Positions 30,658 to 37,936 of a stretch of 64,000 nucleotides of DNA are shown in pieces. A program made the position numbers and the translations under genes. The DNA comes from Verrucomicrobiia bacterium (GTDB taxonomy: Bacteria > Verrucomicrobiota > Verrucomicrobiia > Limisphaerales > UBA11358), in the NCBI GenBank assembly GCA_036498725.1, contig DASYEY010000083.1, forward strand, positions 21,674-85,673, given 5' to 3'. Each line of letters starts with the position of its first letter. Positions within the stretch are counted from its first letter, which is position 1. The notes under the pieces are model-generated. The model made no database searches. It saw nothing but the letters and a program-made list of their open reading frames with translations, and had not been told where the DNA came from.

Positions 30658-32154
30658 TCATCCAATTATCTTCTCAGGTGAAGTAACCGCGTCGCTGCGG
30701 CTGGCAAAGCTGGCCGGGGAACGATCCTGATTTCGCGCCTGAAACAGCGACCTAAAGAATGACGGTTGTCTCAATGGCACTTGAAAGGCGACGCGGCAGC
30801 CTTCGCCCGGCTGGCTGATCACCCGGCAATCGCCGCCAATTTCCGCCATCCGCAGTTTCATATTGGTCAAACCATTCCGCTCCTGGCTCGCCTGAGCGGC
30901 AACAAAACCGCGGCCATTATCAGCCACGATGACATTCAACCGGGAACCGTTCAGCTCAATTTGCACGGTTAGTTCGGTGGCTTCCGAGTGTTTCACCGCG
31001 TTGTTGAGGGCTTCTTTTATTGCCAGAAACAGATTGCGGCGCGTGAACTCGCTCAAAGTTTTTGCCGGCAACTCCCGCGGTATTTTGAACCGGCAACGGA
31101 TCGGCGAGGATTCCAGAAAATGTTGCGCGTATTTGCAGGCATAGATGACAAAATCCTCCACGTTGTCATGTTGCGAATTGACGATCCAGACCACTTCGTC
31201 AATCGTCGCCAGGATGTTGCGCGCGCTATCGCACATTTGTGACAGCGTCGTGCCGGGTACGGATTCAATTTGCGCCACTTCACCGGTCAACAGCAATTGC
31301 GTCAGCTTGGAGCCGAGATCATCGTGAATATCGCGCGCAATCCGGTCGCGCTCGGCTTGCACCAGGTGATGGGCTTTCGACTGGCTCAAAAGCTGGATCA
31401 AAAGATAAATGCAAATGAGAACAAAAATACCGCAACCAACCATCAGGCCGATTTGAAAATCACGGCTTAGCCAGACTGGAATCGGTTGCGGAAGCTCCTC
31501 GCGGATATGGAGCACCGACGTCGGAACCGCCCACCACGGCACCCTCCCAAAATTGGCGGCGACCGAGGCATCCGGCCAGTCAGCGGCCGGGTGCCGGGCG
31601 GTTTCCCAATTATTGTCCGAATTGGGCACCACGCGCCAGGTCGTATCGGAACGGATCTGCATCAACTGACCGTCGGCCATCTCCAGGCGCAGGCCCAGGA
31701 TGATGCCCGCCTGTTCGTTGTCATTAAAACCTTCCACCGCCAGCACATGCGTGCCCGGACGCAAGGTGCCTTGCAAATGATAAATGCTCAACGTCCGCCA
31801 ATCACTGCCGCCACCGAGTTCCTGACCATCCAGCCAGATTTTGAACGCATTGTCCCCGGCGATGCGCAATTCGGCGCGAACCACCGGATTTGTTTTGGGA
31901 ATGATAAAGTTATCCCATAACCGGACGGTTTGTTTGTTGAGCGTGACCTTGTCCCAAATCCAGATGCCCAAACCATTGGTCACTTCTGGCTCAGATTTTG
32001 CCACGTAAATTGTGGGATAATTGCTGACGACGACGGTTGAATTTTCGTCGGCCCGGGCCGGGACAAAACTTATTACCAGACAAAACAGGAGCCCAGCCAC
32101 GCATTGGCGGAATTTCTCACGTGCTCCGGCGGGTTTTGGAAAGTGCAAATTCAC
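30658..32154 (-). CDS. Sensor histidine kinase (HisKA_3/NarX-DesK type) with extracytoplasmic galactose-binding-like beta-sandwich (HK1)
   Basis: It has an N-terminal signal/TM segment. The sensor region is 'AELRIAGDNAFKIWLDGQELGGGSDW...GTHVLAVEGFNDNEQAGIILGL', followed by the TM 'IGLMVGCGIFVLICIYLLIQLL'. The H-box is 'RIARDIHDDLGSKLTQL', followed by an HATPase domain. Confidence 0.85.
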   Translation of the reverse strand: MNLHFPKPAGAREKFRQCVAGLLFCLVISFVPARADENSTVVVSNYPTIYVAKSEPEVTNGLGIWIWDKVTLNKQTVRLWDNFIIPKTNPVVRAELRIAGDNAFKIWLDGQELGGGSDWRTLSIYHLQGTLRPGTHVLAVEGFNDNEQAGIILGLRLEMADGQLMQIRSDTTWRVVPNSDNNWETARHPAADWPDASVAANFGRVPWWAVPTSVLHIREELPQPIPVWLSRDFQIGLMVGCGIFVLICIYLLIQLLSQSKAHHLVQAERDRIARDIHDDLGSKLTQLLLTGEVAQIESVPGTTLSQMCDSARNILATIDEVVWIVNSQHDNVEDFVIYACKYAQHFLESSPIRCRFKIPRELPAKTLSEFTRRNLFLAIKEALNNAVKHSEATELTVQIELNGSRLNVIVADNGRGFVAAQASQERNGLTNMKLRMAEIGGDCRVISQPGEGCRVAFQVPLRQPSFFRSLFQARNQDRSPASFASRSDAVTSPEKIIG

Positions 32155-32233
32155 AGGCGGGGAATTGTTTCAAATTTACGTTAGTTCGCTGCCTAATTGG
32201 CGTCAACCTGCAATTTCCAATGGGCCGCGATTT

Positions 32234-34735
32234 TTACGGATAACCCGCCATCGGGCTTGGGGATATTTCCGTCGAGTGAGCCGGCACAATATGGCGCAAC
32301 TGAATCGCCTGATTACCGGGGCTCGCCTTTCGCGCCTCAACGGTGTGGCGGGTTGGCGGGGTGCGAAACCGGTTGTCCACTTCCAAGGGGTCGGTGCCGG
32401 CGATAAACTCCGCATAATTACTCTCGCCATCGCCATTCGCATCTGCCGCCGGACCGGCGACGGCCAGATTCGCCGCGTTGGTGCCAAACCAGCCGGCGGC
32501 CCAGTTCGCGTAAAGCGTCGCGGGCGAAGGCGAATTAGTTGTGCTCAACCAAATCGCGTGCTGCCCCGCCCCGACATTGGTGACGACAAGACAATTGTTC
32601 GAAATCGTTCCCGGAAAAACCGTACCGTCCACCAATGCCACCGGATTTGCCGAACCAAGCGTTGGCAACATCACCGTCGCGGTAACATTGCCGGGGATAT
32701 TCAACAGCAGTTGAAAATTTCCCGGCGCGTTGTTTACTGAAATTCCTACAGGTCCGCGAATCGTCGGCACCATGCCTGCCGCGTGAGTCAAAGTCTTGCC
32801 CAGCTGTGGTTGGATGAGAATTTGCCCAAAGCCGGCGTTGAGCGGCCGCAGCCCCAGAATGAAGCGTGAAATTAAATTGCCCGGCGCGGCGCCCCAGGCA
32901 TGGTTCCAATCCATATTTGGTTTGTCGGTAAAATTCCAGGCTTCGGCCGTAAGCGTCGAGCCGAGATTGATGATGTTCAGCCAGCTGCGCGGACCATCGC
33001 TAGTCATCAGCGCCAGGGCGCTGTCGGCATCGCCGGCATTAAACAATGCTTCCACTAAATACTGGGCGCCATAGACACTGCAGGGCATGCCGTCATTGGC
33101 GGCGATGCGCGAGTGAAGAAAATTGACGACTGCGGCTTGCCGGTTCGCGGGCACGAGGCCGAAGGCGAGCGGGAAAAAATTTCCATGCGCGGACGCGTGA
33201 TCCGTGCCCACGCCGTCCCGGTAACATTGCCTGGCGGCATCCCAAAACGTCGCGTTATAAGCAGTATAAACCCGTCCGGCATCAGCGGTATAAGCTGCCG
33301 CGTCCTGCGTCCGGCCAAGCGCGGTGGCGATTTGGGCCATGATCTGCAAACTGCGATAATAAAAAGCGTTGTTGACGGAATTGGTCCAGTTCCGATAACT
33401 CCCGCTTTTGATCACGAAACCGTCGCGGTCGTTAAAGGGCCAGTCTACGACGTCGGAATTGCTGGTTTGGGGAAAGCCTGGAAAGCCCCTCATCAAACCA
33501 CTGCCGGTCGCCGCCCAGGTAAACGAGTTTGTTTGCAGACGCGGGTAATACTGGCTGATCAGATTGGTATCGCCCGTCTGGAGATAATCGGCCCACGCCA
33601 TGAAAACAGTGTGAAATTTCCATTCGGTGGGCCAGGTCGGATGTTGCAACAGATATTCAGCACTGTGGCGCGGCAATGTAAATTCCCGATCCACCGCATA
33701 CGAACTCAACTGGTGAATGTAGGAATCCGCCTCGTATGGTTTGCGCTCACGTTCACCGTCCACGTAAATGCCGTCAAAAGTAAGCATCTGCATCGAGTTG
33801 CGACACAGGTTCCAAATCTGATTTAGGGCTGTGCTTGAGCTGTGGAAACTTGCCGCATTGGTGTTGAAACAAGAAAGCAGCCGCATTTGCCTGACATCCG
33901 CGGAAGTGATCACGCCCGGAAAATTAATGAATTCAAGATATCGGAAGGGCATGATTGCGCCGCAACCGGCTGGCTGGATGGCTTCGGCCGAATATGAAAG
34001 TTCCGGCGGACGGATGGCATACGTGGTATTGCCTTCCGCCACATTGAACGTGGTATTCGTGTATCGCACCATGCTGCCGGGCGGCGGCGTCTGGCTGACA
34101 GCCAAACCGTTGGACATTTCTCCAAAACGCACTTCGACGGTGATGGGATTAAAGGCACCGTTCATATGCACCTGCGCATAACCAAAAGCGTCCTGCCCAA
34201 AATCTACAAACCATCGGCCCGGGGCGGTATTGGTAACCAACACCGGGGCGGCGGCGATAAAATTTAACGGATAGCGGCCGGCAAAAGCGTTGGTCGCCGA
34301 CCCGGTGATGAAATGTTGTATCGCTGAAAACGGGCTGATTTGCCCGGCACTATCCGCTGTTTGCACCCGCCAAAAAAAATCTGCGCCGATGGCCAGCGGC
34401 CGGCCGGAATAAGTCGCATTGATGGAAGTAGAATGGCTGGTCCAGCCCGAATCCCAAACATCACCCACCCCGGCCTCGGCCAGGGTTTGACTCGACGCGA
34501 CGATGATGCGGTAACCGCTTTGCGCATCATTGCGGAAAGATGGCTCGTAAATCCAACCGAATCTAGGCGCTGTGTTTGTGATAACGGTTTCTTCCGGATG
34601 CTCTAATAAATCACAGAGCAAACCAGTCGGCGAATTGGCGGCGCGGGAAAGCGACGACAAGGTCAAACTGAGTATGCAAAGCAACCAAAACGAGTTCATT
34701 GCCACAGTATTTACTGCTCGCCTGAAATTGCCCAT
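32234..34735 (-). CDS. GH78 alpha-L-rhamnosidase, secreted
   Basis: 'LLCDLLEHPE..VI....PRFGW', 'YRIIVASS' and 'DWNHAWGAAPGNLISRFILGLRP...GF' are GH78 blocks. The C-terminal motif is 'DANGDGESNYAEFIAGTDP'. The start may be the ATG at 34699. Confidence 0.9.
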   Translation of the reverse strand: MGNFRRAVNTVAMNSFWLLCILSLTLSSLSRAANSPTGLLCDLLEHPEETVITNTAPRFGWIYEPSFRNDAQSGYRIIVASSQTLAEAGVGDVWDSGWTSHSTSINATYSGRPLAIGADFFWRVQTADSAGQISPFSAIQHFITGSATNAFAGRYPLNFIAAAPVLVTNTAPGRWFVDFGQDAFGYAQVHMNGAFNPITVEVRFGEMSNGLAVSQTPPPGSMVRYTNTTFNVAEGNTTYAIRPPELSYSAEAIQPAGCGAIMPFRYLEFINFPGVITSADVRQMRLLSCFNTNAASFHSSSTALNQIWNLCRNSMQMLTFDGIYVDGERERKPYEADSYIHQLSSYAVDREFTLPRHSAEYLLQHPTWPTEWKFHTVFMAWADYLQTGDTNLISQYYPRLQTNSFTWAATGSGLMRGFPGFPQTSNSDVVDWPFNDRDGFVIKSGSYRNWTNSVNNAFYYRSLQIMAQIATALGRTQDAAAYTADAGRVYTAYNATFWDAARQCYRDGVGTDHASAHGNFFPLAFGLVPANRQAAVVNFLHSRIAANDGMPCSVYGAQYLVEALFNAGDADSALALMTSDGPRSWLNIINLGSTLTAEAWNFTDKPNMDWNHAWGAAPGNLISRFILGLRPLNAGFGQILIQPQLGKTLTHAAGMVPTIRGPVGISVNNAPGNFQLLLNIPGNVTATVMLPTLGSANPVALVDGTVFPGTISNNCLVVTNVGAGQHAIWLSTTNSPSPATLYANWAAGWFGTNAANLAVAGPAADANGDGESNYAEFIAGTDPLEVDNRFRTPPTRHTVEARKASPGNQAIQLRHIVPAHSTEISPSPMAGYP

Positions 34736-34813
34736 CCCCGCAAACGGGTGTAGTTAAATTAACCTGTCGCCAGCCCTGCCACCATGAGCGGCCGGCCCAC
34801 ACATCAAGGTCTA

Positions 34814-34833
34814 ATACCCTCGTTTGCGGGTAT
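34814..34833. promoter_or_regulatory. Palindromic candidate operator (copy b): ATACCCTCGTTTGCGGGTAT
   Basis: It lies in the divergent intergenic region between GH78 (minus, start 34735) and the PEP-CTERM lectin gene (plus, start 34939). Confidence 0.5.
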
Positions 34834-34938
34834 GTACAATATTACTTCGCACAGCTAAAAATTGAATATTCACTGGTTCCATTGGTTAAAAATGAAATCA
34901 GCCATATCAGATCAAAACCCAATCAAAAATAACCTCCG

Positions 34939-35727
34939 ATGAAACTTACCTTGAAAATATTCCTGACCGGAATCGCTGCCGCGTTCACCTGTTCAACGGT
35001 GAACGCCCAAATTGTCTATTCTAATAACTTCAGCCTGGGAGCCGCGATAAACATTAACGGAACGGCGCCTACGTTGGCCAACGCTTATGCCGGCGGCTCC
35101 AGTTCGGCAGTTTGGAACAGCGTGACGGGAACCCACGATTTGAATGCCTCATTGGCTAACGGCACCGTTGACACCTCGCAAAACACCGTCCTGTTACCGT
35201 TCTCACCGCAATCCGGTTACATCTATAAATTGATCGCTTCCGTGACTTTTACCAGCAGCCCGGGAAGCTGGGTCAGCATGGGTTTTGCGGGCGCCAATCC
35301 AGTCAATCAAACCTCAGCGCGATTCGCTGACAGCTCGGTAAATGGCATTGATTGGATGATCGCCAATCCCGCCACCGCCAATGAGCAGTTTTTTGCCGGA
35401 CCCAAAACGACGCCAGCCGCCGGCATTGGCAGCCAGAATCTAATGAATGGATTGGGAACTTATACGATAAGCGTGGAGCTGGATACGATGGGTCCTAAAT
35501 GGGAGATATCTTCGTTTATCAATGGCCTTCAGCTGGGAACAAACTTTACCTATAGCGCCAACCCAACGATCGTTGCCGTTGGCTATGGTCAAAACACCTT
35601 GACGAGTGGCAGCGGGGTTCACTGGAACTCTTTGGATCTGCTCGCAGAAACGCCTGAACCCTCCACGCTGGCCTTGACGGGGCTGGGACTGGTTGGTGTT
35701 TATAGGTTCCGGCGGAAACAAAAATAG
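34939..35727 (+). CDS. PEP-CTERM-anchored single-domain member of the 'QIVYSNNF' family
   Basis: It has a signal peptide, then '[31 protein letters not shown]' and 'LLPFSPQSGYIYKLIASVTFTSSPGSWVSMGFAG'. The C-terminus 'PEPSTLALTGLGLVGVYRFRRKQK' is a PEP-CTERM sorting signal. Confidence 0.85.
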   Translation: MKLTLKIFLTGIAAAFTCSTVNAQIVYSNNFSLGAAININGTAPTLANAYAGGSSSAVWNSVTGTHDLNASLANGTVDTSQNTVLLPFSPQSGYIYKLIASVTFTSSPGSWVSMGFAGANPVNQTSARFADSSVNGIDWMIANPATANEQFFAGPKTTPAAGIGSQNLMNGLGTYTISVELDTMGPKWEISSFINGLQLGTNFTYSANPTIVAVGYGQNTLTSGSGVHWNSLDLLAETPEPSTLALTGLGLVGVYRFRRKQK

Positions 35728-35877
35728 TGTATTTCAGCAAAAAACAGATTAGCAATCTTTCGAGGTTCCTGGCGGAAAATTTTATTGGATTCGTGATCGT
35801 GGTCAACGGAAGTTCCGTTGGCAAAAAAATGTGTAAATATTTGCATCGAGCACGCGGCTCAAAAAACGATTTGAAAA

Positions 35878-37812
35878 ATGGTTAAAAAAATATTGTTGGC
35901 AGGCATCTTGATGGCATGCACCCCGGCTGGGGCGCAAATTATTAATTCCCATGCGTTTGAAGGCGGCCCGGCCAAAGCCAACCCGGCCAGCCAATTGACC
36001 TCGCCTGATGGCCGCTTGGTTTTGACGTTCGCCGTTAGTAATTTTGATGGTTCAGCGAATTGCCCGGTCTATTGCCTGACTCGGAACGGACAAACGCTCA
36101 TCTCCACTTCAAAGTTGGGCCTGACGTTTGGCAACAGCGGCTCGTTGCAAAATCATTTGGCCGTTTTGAGTGTGAGCACCAGGGCTAACGATAGTCTCTG
36201 GCAACCGGTGTATGCCGAGAAAAGCCAGATTCGTGACAATTACCATCAACTGGTCGTGAATTTGCGGGAGCTTGCGCCGCCCCAACGTTTGTTACAGCTA
36301 ACCTTTCGCGCTTACAATGAAGGCGTAGCTTTCAACTACACTATTCCAGCGCAGGCCGGAATGGGGGACGTAACCAATCTGATGGAGCAGACAGAATTTC
36401 GCTTTGACGCCGATCATCCAGCGTGGGCCACTTACACGGCCCAAGGCGTATATGCCAAAACCACCATCAATCACATCGCCAGTGGCTGTGAACGCCCGTT
36501 GACAGTCCAACTGGCGACGAACCTATATGTAGCGCTCGGCGAAGCTGGATTGGTGGATTATGCCCGGATGAAATTCGCTCCGCTCCCGAAAAGGCCGCAC
36601 TCTCTGGTGAGCTTGCTTGACGGCCCGGTCGCTGCTTCTTTGCCTCTAACCACGCCGTGGCGATTCATCATGGCCGCCGACCATCCTGGTCAACTTCTGG
36701 AAAATGATTTCTTCGTCCTGAATCTAAACGCTCCGTGCGCCCTGACCAACACAACATGGATTAAGCCGGGCAACGTGATTCGTGAAACGACCTTGAAAAC
36801 CGCCAGCGGCAAGGCATGTGTTGATTTTGCCGTCAAACATAATATTCAATACATTGAGTATGACGCTGGCTGGTATGGGCCGGAAAATAAAACGCTTACC
36901 GCCACCAACGCCATTGCTTCGCTGGATCTGCCGAGCGTCATCCACTATGCCACATCAAACCACATCGGCGTAATCCTGTACGTCAACTGGAAGGCCATGA
37001 CCAATGAATTATCCCTGCTACCGCCGCTTTACCGTAGCTGGGGTGTGAAAGGCATCAAGTATGGGTTCGTAAGCGTCGGCCCGCAATGGGATACCGCCGT
37101 TGTGAACGCTGCCGCGCGTATCTGCGCCAGCAACCAGATGATGATGGAAGTGCATGATGAATTTCGTCCATCCGGCTACACGCGGACCTACCCTAACTTC
37201 ATGTCAGTGGAAGGTGTCAGTGGCGATGAAACCAAGCCGACCACAACTCAGGACTTGACCCTGCTCTTTTCCCGCATGTTAGTCGGCGGCGCCGACCATA
37301 CCGTTTGCTACTTTGAATCCCGGGTCACCAACAAATGGAGTTATGCCTATCAATTGGCCAAGGCCGTCTGCTTCTACAGTCCGTGGCAATATCTTTATTG
37401 GTACGACCGTCCGCCTAATTCCTATGGCTATACCAGCGGCGGCAATGCGATGATCACGGAGGTGCCGGAAATGGAGTTTTATGATCATTTGCCGAGCGTT
37501 TGGGATGAAACCCGGGTATTGCAAGGCAGCATTGGCCAATACGCCATCATCGCCCGGCGCACCGGCACGCAATGGTTCATCGGCGCCATGAACGCAGGCA
37601 CGACGCGCACTTTTAGTGTGCCGCTAAACTTTTTGCCGCCCGGACTGAAATACACCGCGAACATTTATTCACAGGACCCATCGGTGCCAACGCGCACGCA
37701 TGTCCACATCGAACGTTTGGCGGTGGATTCCACGGCGACCTTGACCATGGTTTTGGATGCTTCACGCGGTGAGGCTATCTGGCTGTTTCCGGCCGATTCT
37801 CCGGCCCGGTAA
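35878..37812 (+). CDS. GH97 glycoside hydrolase (alpha-glucosidase/alpha-galactosidase family)
   Basis: 'IQYIEYDAGWYG', 'WGVKGIKYGFV' and 'HDEFRPSGYTRTYPNFMSVEGVSGDE' match GH97 conserved blocks. It has a signal peptide. Confidence 0.8.
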   Translation: MVKKILLAGILMACTPAGAQIINSHAFEGGPAKANPASQLTSPDGRLVLTFAVSNFDGSANCPVYCLTRNGQTLISTSKLGLTFGNSGSLQNHLAVLSVSTRANDSLWQPVYAEKSQIRDNYHQLVVNLRELAPPQRLLQLTFRAYNEGVAFNYTIPAQAGMGDVTNLMEQTEFRFDADHPAWATYTAQGVYAKTTINHIASGCERPLTVQLATNLYVALGEAGLVDYARMKFAPLPKRPHSLVSLLDGPVAASLPLTTPWRFIMAADHPGQLLENDFFVLNLNAPCALTNTTWIKPGNVIRETTLKTASGKACVDFAVKHNIQYIEYDAGWYGPENKTLTATNAIASLDLPSVIHYATSNHIGVILYVNWKAMTNELSLLPPLYRSWGVKGIKYGFVSVGPQWDTAVVNAAARICASNQMMMEVHDEFRPSGYTRTYPNFMSVEGVSGDETKPTTTQDLTLLFSRMLVGGADHTVCYFESRVTNKWSYAYQLAKAVCFYSPWQYLYWYDRPPNSYGYTSGGNAMITEVPEMEFYDHLPSVWDETRVLQGSIGQYAIIARRTGTQWFIGAMNAGTTRTFSVPLNFLPPGLKYTANIYSQDPSVPTRTHVHIERLAVDSTATLTMVLDASRGEAIWLFPADSPAR

Positions 37813-37831
37813 TCCTTATCACGGCTTACGA

Positions 37832-37851
37832 CTACCCTCAATTGCGGGTAT
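37832..37851. promoter_or_regulatory. Palindromic candidate operator (copy c): CTACCCTCAATTGCGGGTAT
   Basis: It lies about 140-150 nt upstream of the probable TTG start (37994) of P2. Confidence 0.45.
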
Positions 37852-37936
37852 GGACGCTTATTATTCCGGCAATAAACTTGAGTTGCATTGATTTCTGCCC
37901 GATTACAATGTTGCAATGAGGATTTAATCTCTGGAA

